Shown here piece after piece: positions 36,505-46,251 of a stretch of DNA of 64,000 bases. The position numbers were made by a program, and so were the translations under genes. The notes below the pieces were generated by a model, which saw only the letters and a program-made list of their open reading frames with translations, had not been told where the DNA came from and did not search any database. The stretch's first letter is position 1, and each line of letters begins with the position of its first letter. Origin of the DNA: a virus (lineage: Duplodnaviria; Caudoviricetes); the IMG/VR virus record IMGVR_UViG_3300001335_000583, positions 14,362 to 78,361 of that record. The stretch is one strand, 5' to 3'.

Positions 36505-38993
36505 TTGTCACAACTTGCTTCCCTGATGAGCCTACCCCCACATTCAGGACAACTTTCACCATTAACCATTTCCTTGTCTACATATTTAGATAACACCCTG
36601 CACATGGCAGAAGAGAAAGAGGTAATGTTATCATTTATCTTCCTGGCAGTCTTGATAATAAACTTGATATCGGCACTATGCCTTAACAACATGGAGGTAT
36701 ATAAAGTACAGGCTTTTTCCTCTATATTAGAGGTAGACAGTTGTAAATCTGAGACATTGATATGCTCGGAATCAAAACTGTAATGACCTTTTTTAACTTT
36801 AGTGATCACTCCTTTATGCTGCTCAATATTGACAGGTTTCAGAGGTTCAAACGTGAAAATCTCGTAAGGTTTGCCATGCAATAGACCTACCAGCACTATA
36901 TACTGCTTACCTTTGGATTTAACCTGGTAATAATCAGCTTCAAGTACTTTAGGTCTTTTGTGAGCTTGCCTGCCCTCTTCAAGAACCTCCTCTGCCTGTT
37001 TAATGGCATTTAAGATGCCCTGCCGGCAGTTATCCCTGTAAATGGTAATCCCCTTGAGTCCCTTCTTCCATGCCTGCATGTACAGATCCGCCACGGTACT
37101 TTCCGTGGTATTCTCAGGTAGGTTTACAGTGGAACTGATGGCATGAGTGATAAACCTCTGCACCATACTTTGCGTTTCAATCCTGTCTGTATAAGATATT
37201 TCAGGAGCAGTAGACCCGTACCAGGGAGAAGCCTGGAATAAAACACCCAACTCCTTGGGGGTTAAAGTTTCCAGAAATTGTTTGGTATTACTGTAATTCT
37301 TTGTTTGACACCATCGTATAAACTGGGGGTGTAAAACTGCAAATTCCGTAAACTTCTCACCATTCTGATCTGTAAAATCCACCCTGTCATCTGGAGATGA
37401 TACCCTCCTCCTTCTCATATAATAAGGCATAAACACCGGCTCTATACCTGAAGATGTCTGGGACATGATGCTAACCGTGCCTGTAGGAGCCACTGTACTG
37501 AAAGAGAGGTTCCTCCTGCCAAATGCAGCCATTCTTTTATAGATAACGGGAAAACTCTCTTTGACAAAATCTGTCCAGGCATTGTCCTCTTCCTCTTCTT
37601 TACCCGGGAACATTCCCCTTGTTACGGCTAAATCTGTAGTTGCATCTAACTGGGCATTAAATATGATATACATCATCATCTCTGTAACATCTACATCTTC
37701 ACCACTTCCATATTTTAAACCAAGCATAGCTCTAGCATCTGCTAAACCAGTGAATCCTACTCCTATCCTTCTGTATCTAAAGGCAGTTCCCCTTATATCC
37801 ACCCATAATTTTTCTTCCACAAAGTCTTTGTCATTAGAAACTTTATTTAAAATACGGTCAATAGCTTCTATCTCCAGATCTACCAGATCATCCCCCAGGA
37901 CAATGGCTTCATAGGCTACTCTGTACAACTCTTCTGCATCCATGTAAACATCCTCTGTATAAGGATTGTGAATGAAAGAGGTTAAGTTCAAGTGCATCAA
38001 CCTGCAAGAGTCATAAGGCCCCAGTGGAATCTCCCCACAAGGATTAGTTGAAATGGCTTTAGCTTCCTCGTAAGTACCATCTGGAGAGTAGTCATGTATT
38101 CTGTCAATGAAAAGAATTCCTGGTTCTGCCGTGTTCCAGGCAGCATGAATTAACTGTTCCCACAACTTTTTGGCTTTTACCCTTTTGACCTGGGAAGTAG
38201 TTCCATCAACATGATGTACAGGAGTCAAGACATCATATTCAAAACTTTCAGGAGAGTCTGTTGTAAACTCTTTATCTACAGGCCACCTGAGCAGGTAATC
38301 TTCATCCTTCTCAACAGCTTGCATGAAGTCATCCCTGACTTTAAGAGAGATATTAGCTCCTGTTACCTTGGTTAAATCCTGCTTCATATTAATGAAATCA
38401 GGTGAATCAGGATGTCTTATATCCATGGTAAGCATGAGTGCTCCTCTCCTGCCATCCTGGGCTACCTCTTTGGTAATAGCCGAGTTTACCTCCATAAAAG
38501 AGGCTGGCCCTGTGGCAGTACCTGCAGCATTGTTTACCTTAGATCCCTTGGGCCTTAAATTGGACAAATCATACCCGACTCCTCCCCTTCTCTTCATCAG
38601 GTGGGCTTGTTGTGTCCGTGCTTCCATTATAGATGTATAACTATCCTCAGGACTGCCTATCACGAAGCAATTGCTTAAACTGGTAATACTATTAGTTCCT
38701 AAAGAAGCCATGATAGATCCCCCGGGAATGATGTATTTAAAGTTTTCAAACAGTTGATAGATATCCTGCTCAGTCAATTTTTTCCTGCTCTGGCCATACT
38801 CTGAAAGGTCTTGCCTGAACATCTCCGGTGTGTCCTTGATATCATATTTATCCTCTATACGGGCAAATTCCCTGGCCATCCTCATGTGCATGTCTGCAGG
38901 GGTTTTCTCTCCTGCTTCTTTCCAGGCATACTTGTTTTTCCAGGTAGTAGCAGCCAGCTCGTCCCCTTTAAAATATTCCAGTAGTTCTTTCAT
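36471..38993 (-). CDS. nrdJ: Class II (B12-dependent) ribonucleotide reductase
   Basis: PGGSI, SLSNCFV, RRGGVG, TNPCGEIPL, VAPTGTVS, QTSSGIEP, KGITIYRD; C-terminal CPECG...CLDCG Zn ribbon. Confidence 0.9.
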   Translation of the reverse strand: MKELLEYFKGDELAATTWKNKYAWKEAGEKTPADMHMRMAREFARIEDKYDIKDTPEMFRQDLSEYGQSRKKLTEQDIYQLFENFKYIIPGGSIMASLGTNSITSLSNCFVIGSPEDSYTSIMEARTQQAHLMKRRGGVGYDLSNLRPKGSKVNNAAGTATGPASFMEVNSAITKEVAQDGRRGALMLTMDIRHPDSPDFINMKQDLTKVTGANISLKVRDDFMQAVEKDEDYLLRWPVDKEFTTDSPESFEYDVLTPVHHVDGTTSQVKRVKAKKLWEQLIHAAWNTAEPGILFIDRIHDYSPDGTYEEAKAISTNPCGEIPLGPYDSCRLMHLNLTSFIHNPYTEDVYMDAEELYRVAYEAIVLGDDLVDLEIEAIDRILNKVSNDKDFVEEKLWVDIRGTAFRYRRIGVGFTGLADARAMLGLKYGSGEDVDVTEMMMYIIFNAQLDATTDLAVTRGMFPGKEEEEDNAWTDFVKESFPVIYKRMAAFGRRNLSFSTVAPTGTVSIMSQTSSGIEPVFMPYYMRRRRVSSPDDRVDFTDQNGEKFTEFAVLHPQFIRWCQTKNYSNTKQFLETLTPKELGVLFQASPWYGSTAPEISYTDRIETQSMVQRFITHAISSTVNLPENTTESTVADLYMQAWKKGLKGITIYRDNCRQGILNAIKQAEEVLEEGRQAHKRPKVLEADYYQVKSKGKQYIVLVGLLHGKPYEIFTFEPLKPVNIEQHKGVITKVKKGHYSFDSEHINVSDLQLSTSNIEEKACTLYTSMLLRHSADIKFIIKTARKINDNITSFSSAMCRVLSKYVDKEMVNGESCPECGGRLIREASCDKCLDCGYSKCL

Positions 38994-40036
38994 ACTTGTA
39001 TTAAATTATTTAAAGTCATCACTCCCTGGTTGGCATAAGCCTCGATGGGGTATTCATACTTCTCATTTTTAAGGTACCAATCCAACTCCTGCAAAAGAGT
39101 TCGCCATCCTTTGTGTTTAACTCCATCGGCACTTACCCAGTCTGAAACAGTCAGGTTATCCTTGAATTTCCACACCAAAGGAGTCAGGTTATACCTGTTA
39201 ACCACTATAAACATGAAGGGGTAGATTTTAAAATCCTTGTAATAGTCATCACTGGCTAGAATTTTGAAAAGGATGTAACTGTACAGGGTAGCCTGCAGGT
39301 CATATCTCCATTGCAAGAAGGATTCATCAAACTTGTATTCAGGTTTTCCAGTGGTTTTTAAATCACAGGGAATGATAATCTTCCTCTTATGGTCCACTAT
39401 AATCCTGTCAAACATGCACCTGACAGGTCTTACCAGGTTCTCATCTTTCTCCAGTAAAAATTTAAGCTGATAGAATCCCTCGATGTCTTCATTGAAAGGA
39501 TTGACAGATAAAAAATTTTTAGTGTAGGGGTGAGTTTTTAATGTATCCACGCAACTGGTTGCAGTGGTGTAATCCTGGGAAGATACTATCATTTTATCCC
39601 CCGAGAGAAAAAGTAGATCATAGTACTCTTTTCCCTTTTTAATGATGTCATTTATCCTGGTTTGAGGTAACCAGTTCGATGCGTATTTATTGGTATTTAT
39701 GATGTCCAGGAGCCCTTCTGAAGGGATTTTATCCAAACTCCTATGCTCCTGACCATACATGGCAAAACTATCCCTCACGATGGTTAAAACAGCATCAGAG
39801 ACAGATGGGAAATCTGCTACAAAATACTTTTCTTCTACCTTTTCTGGTTCAGTCAACAGGGTGTCTACAAGCCCCCCAAAACGTAAAGCCTCCGAGTCTT
39901 TCTTTTCCCAAAGAGTGGGCACCTTGGTGTGCCCCTCCCTGGCAAAAGTACTTAACGCGGAATAGCTTATAGCGGGATTACTCCTGTAGGTATTTTCATC
40001 TACCTGCCAGCTTAAATCGTATAAACTCTTCTTCAT
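38990..40036 (-). CDS. PD-(D/E)xK exonuclease (RecB / ExoVIII-like)
   Basis: ISYSALS, RCMFD, PCDLKTTG, YDLQATLY. Confidence 0.75.
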   Translation of the reverse strand: MKKSLYDLSWQVDENTYRSNPAISYSALSTFAREGHTKVPTLWEKKDSEALRFGGLVDTLLTEPEKVEEKYFVADFPSVSDAVLTIVRDSFAMYGQEHRSLDKIPSEGLLDIINTNKYASNWLPQTRINDIIKKGKEYYDLLFLSGDKMIVSSQDYTTATSCVDTLKTHPYTKNFLSVNPFNEDIEGFYQLKFLLEKDENLVRPVRCMFDRIIVDHKRKIIIPCDLKTTGKPEYKFDESFLQWRYDLQATLYSYILFKILASDDYYKDFKIYPFMFIVVNRYNLTPLVWKFKDNLTVSDWVSADGVKHKGWRTLLQELDWYLKNEKYEYPIEAYANQGVMTLNNLIQV

Positions 40037-40048
40037 ATATTTAATTTG

Positions 40049-40384
40049 TTAATGATCATCTTCTCCGGTTCTATCCGCGAATGTATCCATGTCTACCCCG
40101 TCAGATTCTATAACATCTTCACTGATAGAGATTTCATTATAAAGTAAATCCACGTAGGCACATACATGATAATGTAACACCTCCAACTGGGGTAAAACAG
40201 CTGAATCAAATTGATCTGCCCAGAATCTTTTTCTTACTTTTTTCTGTTCCTTTGTTAAATCTGAATAGACTAGTTCCTGCAGGGAGTCAAAATCCCTCTC
40301 CTCTATAAATAGATGAGCCAATCTTTGATCCCTCTCTGGCAAACATTTAAGAAGTCCTTCAATCACTCTTACTGGATTCTTCAT
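40049..40384 (-). CDS. Hypothetical protein
   Basis: 111-aa ORF within the operon. Confidence 0.6.
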   Translation of the reverse strand: MKNPVRVIEGLLKCLPERDQRLAHLFIEERDFDSLQELVYSDLTKEQKKVRKRFWADQFDSAVLPQLEVLHYHVCAYVDLLYNEISISEDVIESDGVDMDTFADRTGEDDH

Positions 40385-40848
40385 AGCTTCTGTATTAATT
40401 CAATAGACTCTACCATTTGTTTCACTGAATGTGGTTCATAGAAGCTATATATAAACCCGTCATCCCTGCTTTCCAGCATTTTTAAAAACATCTTCTTCTT
40501 GAGGGGGTAAGTGTCGTTCTCTTTCCCTTTTGCATCAAAATAGATACGATGATTTCCTTTTTCTACCAGAAAGTCAGGAGTATAAGTTATATCCCTAAGT
40601 GCTCTTACTTGCGGACTTAATGTTTTTTCAAATTTGCCTACCTTGATTTTTTTAGGGGCCATCACCTGGGTGTTTTCCAGCTTAATCCCTTTCCATAAAG
40701 CAATCCTTTCAGGCTCGTGGTAAAACTTCAATCCAGAATCTTTCAATTTCTTGTAACAAGAACATTCCAGGCGACTTCTAAACTTGATACCATCAAATTC
40801 AGTGGCAACGGCTCCTTTAATTTTCTTGTTGACAATCTTTTCCATCAA
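40381..40848 (-). CDS. PD-(D/E)xK endonuclease (DUF1064-like / resolvase-like)
   Basis: FDGIKFRSRLE, ITYTPDF, DAKG, YPLKKKMF. Confidence 0.7.
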   Translation of the reverse strand: MMEKIVNKKIKGAVATEFDGIKFRSRLECSCYKKLKDSGLKFYHEPERIALWKGIKLENTQVMAPKKIKVGKFEKTLSPQVRALRDITYTPDFLVEKGNHRIYFDAKGKENDTYPLKKKMFLKMLESRDDGFIYSFYEPHSVKQMVESIELIQKL

Positions 40849-41356
40849 CTTCCTCTATAATAGATTCATAATAGGCCAAAGCAGTTATAGCATCAGCATA
40901 ATCTCGAAATGCAGCAAAGTTTTTGAAAGATTGAATTCTGTCTTTTGGGACAGGTACGATGACATCATCCATTATAGTGGATATGCCGTAAATAGCAGGA
41001 CTTTTAGAGATGTGATTACCATAGAATTTATCCAGGTTAATGGCCATCTCTTTTAATATAAGATGCTTCACAGACGAGGGGGATATTTTATATAACTGTT
41101 TCAGGTATCTCATCACTTTTTCCTCACTCCAGTCCAACCTGACAGCCATGGATTTTACAGGATTTAGGAATAGATCTTTTTTAGGGGAGTCATCTTTTAC
41201 ATGAGATAGTATACCCATTTCTACCAAATCATATTCCAAGCCTTGGTGGGAGTAAGAAACACGTCTTTGAGTATCAGGATCTATAAAAGAAATTCTATTA
41301 ATTTCACCCTCTTCAAAGATTATGTCTGTCTTGTTTAATTTAAATTTTCTTGTCAT
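40817..41356 (-). CDS. Hypothetical protein
   Basis: 179-aa ORF within the operon. Confidence 0.6.
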   Translation of the reverse strand: MTRKFKLNKTDIIFEEGEINRISFIDPDTQRRVSYSHQGLEYDLVEMGILSHVKDDSPKKDLFLNPVKSMAVRLDWSEEKVMRYLKQLYKISPSSVKHLILKEMAINLDKFYGNHISKSPAIYGISTIMDDVIVPVPKDRIQSFKNFAAFRDYADAITALAYYESIIEEVDGKDCQQEN

Positions 41357-41371
41357 ACTTATATTTTTTAA

Positions 41372-42043
41372 TTAGTTTTCATAATACCAGCTTATGGTAG
41401 TATTATGATTATTTAAAAGAATTTGATTAATTTTCACGAAGGCATCACACTCGTAGTTCTGTCCTGTTCTTGCTGCATGGGCCGGGTGTTTGTATTTTAA
41501 AATGTAATTATGCTTTCCCAGGTAAGGGATAAAGGTGTGAGCAATACTCCCGAACAGAACATAGATGATACCTGTATTAATCTCCGAGAGTCTTTGTAAA
41601 AAACTGGTCATGAAAGATCTCCACAACATCGTGTGGCTACCTGTATAACCAGTCTCTACAGTAAGAGCTGAATTTATCATTAAACACCCCTGTCTGGCCC
41701 AAGTTTCCAGGCTATGGTCAAAAGTAATCTGGTTATGAGGCTTGGAAAAATCAACAGCACTCTCCTTTATCACCCTCAAAGAGGGGCTAATCTTAGCATC
41801 ATCTTCTACATAATTGCCAAACAGTACACCTGTAGCTATCCCTTTTTGGGGATAAGGATCTAGTCCTATCATAACTACTTTTAGTTCCGAGTAAGGACAA
41901 ATATGAAAAGCTTTGAATACTAAAGATTTGGGGGGAGAGATTTCTTTATGAGCATACTCATGTTCGAGTGTACCCATGATTTTTCTAAGTTCCTTGTAAC
42001 TGATTACTTTTTTCCAATCACCAAAATAATCAGAAATATCCAT
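41372..42043 (-). CDS. ung: Uracil-DNA glycosylase
   Basis: VFKAF..CPY..LKVVMIGLDPYP, ISPSL, WARQG.L.INSALTV, HPA. Confidence 0.85.
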   Translation of the reverse strand: MDISDYFGDWKKVISYKELRKIMGTLEHEYAHKEISPPKSLVFKAFHICPYSELKVVMIGLDPYPQKGIATGVLFGNYVEDDAKISPSLRVIKESAVDFSKPHNQITFDHSLETWARQGCLMINSALTVETGYTGSHTMLWRSFMTSFLQRLSEINTGIIYVLFGSIAHTFIPYLGKHNYILKYKHPAHAARTGQNYECDAFVKINQILLNNHNTTISWYYEN

Positions 42044-42744
42044 CAGGATACATTTAATATTTCATCTGCATGTGTTATTAAAAAGTTATTGATTTCATCA
42101 TCGTTAATACCTTTTACAGGAACAGAAGGGGTTTTGATCCAGCTATCCAGATCCTCTACCTCTATCTTAATCTCCTGGGTAGATAGAACGTGGGGGACAA
42201 CATGGCTTAGTATCATCTTGTGAATAGGATCGGTATTTTCTATAAAGACCCGGGGATGAAGAACTAGTTTCACGTCAGGATCACGTCTTGAAACTCCCCT
42301 TTCCAAGGTAATTCTCCCCATAAACGTGAAAATAAACTGGAAATCCTTGTTCAAGACCAGAGAGCTTCCCCCGTAATAAATACCCCCCTTGGAGGTAGTT
42401 ACCTGAGTCAATCTTACCTTCTGATCAGTAGTTAATAAAGAGGTCAATACACTCTGGTTTGTTCTTCTCGAAACTTTTTGTTGAACCCACAAGGGACACA
42501 TCAATCTTATAATATCTGGAGATGTGTCCAAGCTATCTAGTATATCCTGACGATTATACAAGATTACGGGAAGATAGAAATTTTCCAGTTCTTCCTTGCG
42601 CAGGCTTATATCCAGGTAACGATTGAAAAGTGTATTTTGTTGGAAATTTATCAACCTTCTATTCTCTACTACAGGCCCATACTCGTTGTGCTGGTAAGGA
42701 GCTGCTTCCAAGACATCTATTAAAGTTCTGCTTAAAGCCATCAC
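42043..42744 (-). CDS. Conserved crAss-like hypothetical protein
   Basis: 233-aa ORF translationally coupled to the E1-like gene (ATGA overlap); TSKGGIYYGG motif. Confidence 0.6.
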   Translation of the reverse strand: MMALSRTLIDVLEAAPYQHNEYGPVVENRRLINFQQNTLFNRYLDISLRKEELENFYLPVILYNRQDILDSLDTSPDIIRLMCPLWVQQKVSRRTNQSVLTSLLTTDQKVRLTQVTTSKGGIYYGGSSLVLNKDFQFIFTFMGRITLERGVSRRDPDVKLVLHPRVFIENTDPIHKMILSHVVPHVLSTQEIKIEVEDLDSWIKTPSVPVKGINDDEINNFLITHADEILNVS

Positions 42745-43919
42745 GCGATTGTTTTAAAGTACATAGTCTCCGCGTTGTATGTAGTATAGAAGGGAACATC
42801 CCTTGGAATGACAGGATCACACTGGTTGGCTATGAAGTTTACAAAGGCATTGACCATCACAGACCCGATCATATTGGCCATGAAAGTAGTCTGCTTGTAA
42901 CTACAAACAGTCTCTTCAGCTTCTTCATCTGTAAACAAGTGATTATCTGCATACTCTTTTATAGCCCTCTCGTCATCTCCTGCAATGGTAAACACCTGAA
43001 ACTCTTCTGCAGCAAGCCTTCCATCTATGAAAAGACATTTAGACTTGTTCTGGGCACATTTTATATACCTTGACCAGTTCTGAAAAAAGGTTTTCCTGGC
43101 TTCCATGTTATCAAAGCCACAAATCATCACATCGTAGGTAGGGCTGGTTGAAGTGTATTTTTCACTAAGGGCACTGACGTGATAATAGTTGGCAAATTGC
43201 ATCAGGTGACGAGCCAGACTAGCTGCTTTTTGTTCCTGTACATCTCCCATGCCGTACCACTGGCCTGACAAGTTTACCTCTTCTACTATATCATCATCAT
43301 ACATGATAAGTTGAAGAGGATTCATCCTAGCCAATAAAAAGGCTACATAACTCCCTATCCCTCCCAACCCAGCTAATAAAATTCTTTGTTCCTGAATCTT
43401 CCCATACCAGAGGGCACTGCTAAAACGACTTGTAGTCTCTTTCAGCAGGATACTCTCTGAATTGGGAGTTACTGTAAACTCTGGGGAATCTTCAGGATTA
43501 GAATTTTGTTGTTCCTCTTCTGCTTCCTCCTCTGTTTCCCCATCATCTGATTCATCCCGCCACAACTGGTCAACCTGCCTATCTATCCCGAAGAAGGCTT
43601 CATTTATAGAAGCAAGATAGGGCCTTGAATCTTCTTCAGAGTCATCAGCAGGCTCTTCTGAAGGAGTATCTAATCCTAAATCCTGCAAGATCTCATCCGT
43701 GTTTACCTCTACACTTGCAGTAGTTTCGACAGTTTCCTGGATTACCTCGGACTCTTCTTCAGAAACTTCAATAGATTCTGAAGGTGGTGGGGAAACAACT
43801 GCCCCGGATTCAAAAATATTTCTCAGATACTCACTGACATTTTCTGGTAGTAACGGGACACTTTCAGGTAAAGCTGTACTAATAAGGGGTGTCCTCATTG
43901 TATACGCATCATTATTCAT
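42741..43919 (-). CDS. E1-like / ThiF-family adenylating enzyme with acidic N-terminal extension
   Basis: ILLAGLGGIGS, YDDD.VE..NLSGQ, ICGFDNMEAR, FIDGRL, candidate Cys in TVCSYKQT. Likely start ATG 43919 (ATGA overlap). Confidence 0.85.
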   Translation of the reverse strand: MNNDAYTMRTPLISTALPESVPLLPENVSEYLRNIFESGAVVSPPPSESIEVSEEESEVIQETVETTASVEVNTDEILQDLGLDTPSEEPADDSEEDSRPYLASINEAFFGIDRQVDQLWRDESDDGETEEEAEEEQQNSNPEDSPEFTVTPNSESILLKETTSRFSSALWYGKIQEQRILLAGLGGIGSYVAFLLARMNPLQLIMYDDDIVEEVNLSGQWYGMGDVQEQKAASLARHLMQFANYYHVSALSEKYTSTSPTYDVMICGFDNMEARKTFFQNWSRYIKCAQNKSKCLFIDGRLAAEEFQVFTIAGDDERAIKEYADNHLFTDEEAEETVCSYKQTTFMANMIGSVMVNAFVNFIANQCDPVIPRDVPFYTTYNAETMYFKTIA

Positions 43920-45148
43920 AAAATATACAAACTTACGGTATCTATCAGACTTTCTGTATAAATATTGCAAGGCAGCTTTTTAAGCTCTTCCTTAACACCA
44001 AAAGCACACAGGGCAAGCATGGCATCTTCTCCATAACCCCATAAATTAGGGTCTATTGTAGTAGTAAGAATAAACTCCACATGACCTTCTGCCCACATCT
44101 TGTAATCACTCAGGGTTTCAAACCTACGTTGAAAAAGTTGCTCAGATTTTTTTACAAAGCTCTCCAGGTCAAAATCATCAGAAGCATGGGTTAAAACAGA
44201 CCCTGTTACAAGCTGCCTGACTACCTTTTTGATTATATCTTCATCAAAACGAACCACTCCGTAAGGAATACTAGTGTCTTCAAAAGGCTCTTCAAAGTCT
44301 TGTTCTGTTTGCTTTTGATACTTTTTAGAGTCTTTATAGGACATATCTACGAAGTCATCTTGAAAATCAAAATCAAAAGCTTTCTGTTTAAAAGCAGGAA
44401 TTTTGTAATTTTCAGTTATAAGAGAGTTTGAATTGTTTGGAAATAACGTCTTATTTTTAAATGTACTTTGCCTGTCTTTTAAAGTTCTGATCTCTTTGAT
44501 CCTGCCTTTTAATTCAGCGTGATCAAAATTGCCTTCAATGATGACATCCAGGTAAAACCATTCTATCACTTCCACCTCTTCTACCCTGTTCCTGGAAGCA
44601 TTTACCACACGATCAAAAAAGGAATGATATGAATAATCCTCTTTGATATCTTGCTTGGTAATAACCTTCCTGGTGATACCAGCCGTGTATTCCTTGTGAT
44701 TGTTCACAATAAGGGATACAAAGTGGTTTTGATCTGCTCCTTCCTGTCTCAGGGTATTTTGATCTGTCCCAGAGAAGAAAGTAGACATGGAGTTGTGGGA
44801 GTGAATCAGTCCCATGAAGACATTTTCATCCAGTAGCTCCGGGTTATAAGCCATGTAACCGGCCAGATCAGGAGATCTGCTAAATTCCGTGTAAGCCATG
44901 CTCCCAATATCCTGTAAAAAGATATCCAGAACTGTGACTATTAAAGGATTCTCTTTAGAATCAAACTCTCCCGAGATGGTATAGAACAGGGTTCCTGACC
45001 ACTCTACTTCATGTATCTGGTTACACAGGTAATCTATTTTTTGTTGTACAGTGCCGGGGATTATCAGATCATAATATTCGGATTGCTTGCTTAATTGGGG
45101 CAATATTTTCTCCGGGGTTTTCACCGCTTTCATCGTGAGTGTTTCCAT
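43916..45148 (-). CDS. JAB/MPN+ metallo-isopeptidase domain protein
   Basis: EWSG plus GLIHSHNSMSTFFSGTD (E...HxH-x7-S-xx-D). Confidence 0.8.
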   Translation of the reverse strand: METLTMKAVKTPEKILPQLSKQSEYYDLIIPGTVQQKIDYLCNQIHEVEWSGTLFYTISGEFDSKENPLIVTVLDIFLQDIGSMAYTEFSRSPDLAGYMAYNPELLDENVFMGLIHSHNSMSTFFSGTDQNTLRQEGADQNHFVSLIVNNHKEYTAGITRKVITKQDIKEDYSYHSFFDRVVNASRNRVEEVEVIEWFYLDVIIEGNFDHAELKGRIKEIRTLKDRQSTFKNKTLFPNNSNSLITENYKIPAFKQKAFDFDFQDDFVDMSYKDSKKYQKQTEQDFEEPFEDTSIPYGVVRFDEDIIKKVVRQLVTGSVLTHASDDFDLESFVKKSEQLFQRRFETLSDYKMWAEGHVEFILTTTIDPNLWGYGEDAMLALCAFGVKEELKKLPCNIYTESLIDTVSLYIL

Positions 45149-46239
45149 AATTTAAATTTATAATTGCTAAAATCTTCAACATTATTATTTCCAGGATGGC
45201 GGGATTTAACAGCAGGCTGTATTTGTCTGATTCTGAAATATCTGCATGTAACTCTAAAAAGACAGGTTGACCTTTAAAATCAAACAGGGGATGTTCACGG
45301 GGAACCCGTGAATAGTCTTGTATCTCTGATGCCAATTCGTAAAAACTGCTATTTTTAATAACACCTTTTACAAGCACACCATGTCCAAGTAAATCACCTT
45401 CATGCAACTTGTTGAGATTACACCATTCAATAAAACAGTTACTTACCAGTACCCAGAGATTCATGAAAGGAATCCCTATTCCATAACTGTGATTAAGATA
45501 ATTAAACTTTAAAACTTTTTTTTGTAAAAGATACCTTTCAAAATCTTTCATACGATACGAGCTGGCATAACCACCATAAGATAAATTCCACAGCATAGTA
45601 TACTTATTTATCTTACCTGTAGACAGGTTTGTTATAGCCTCTAACTTATGGTAAGGCCCTCCCGTGAGGGATTCTGTATGCACGAATTTATCCAGTTCAT
45701 AGCAAAATATCTGCCACCTGGTTTCATCATAATCTACTCGTAAATTTCTCGAAGTATTAGCAATAGGGCCGCGTCCTATACAGGGAGTTCTAAATACCCC
45801 GGGATCATCTTTTGATATACTGTTTACATGACTGTGTAGGTAATTTTGTTCCCAATGTAAATAAGAATACCTAGACCTGTTTAATTCAATTGCAACTAGT
45901 TCTCCATTACCCCTGAGGGATATTTTAGCCCACAATCCTTCTATATCAATACTTTTATTGTATTCATTAGTCACGGTGATATCACCAAATTGAACTAATA
46001 TGTAGGGAATAAAGTAATTACCCAGGTTAAAAATATGCTTCAAAGTCTTCTTCAGACAAGTCATCTAGTATCAAACGCGAGGATATGTTAAGAGCAGGAT
46101 ACATAGCCTCTTTTTCAATCACTTTTAACTCTACCTTTTCTTCCCCGTAATAGTCAGAAAAGATAGAGAGGACTTGCCGAGGCATCCTCAGCAAGTCTTC
46201 ATACATCTCGTTAAAAAGCTGTTCCCTATCTTTCTCCAT
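45069..46239 (-). CDS. E2-like (prokaryotic UBC-fold) protein, split by a +1 frameshift at 46027-46035
   Basis: ORFs 46027-46239 and 45069-46064 overlap at TAT-TTT-TAA-C. The C-part has YLHSHV...TPCIGRGPI (His cluster plus Cys at 45780-45782). It lies between the Ubl and JAB genes. Confidence 0.55.
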
Positions 46240-46251
46240 ACCTTTTTTTAT

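Noticed and set aside
36298-36783. 161-aa + strand ORF
   Set aside because: It is antisense to the nrdJ 3' end and the lipoprotein gene, with no recognisable motif; a shadow ORF.
32991-38993. Introns or inteins in polA, nrdJ or the helicases
   Set aside because: The ORFs are continuous and of normal length, with no intein (C...HN) or homing-endonuclease signature seen.
27363-42043. ThyX, dUTPase, UDG, dNMP kinase and NrdJ as evidence for a modified-base genome
   Set aside because: This is an ordinary dTTP-supply and uracil-exclusion set; no base-modifying enzyme is recognisable.
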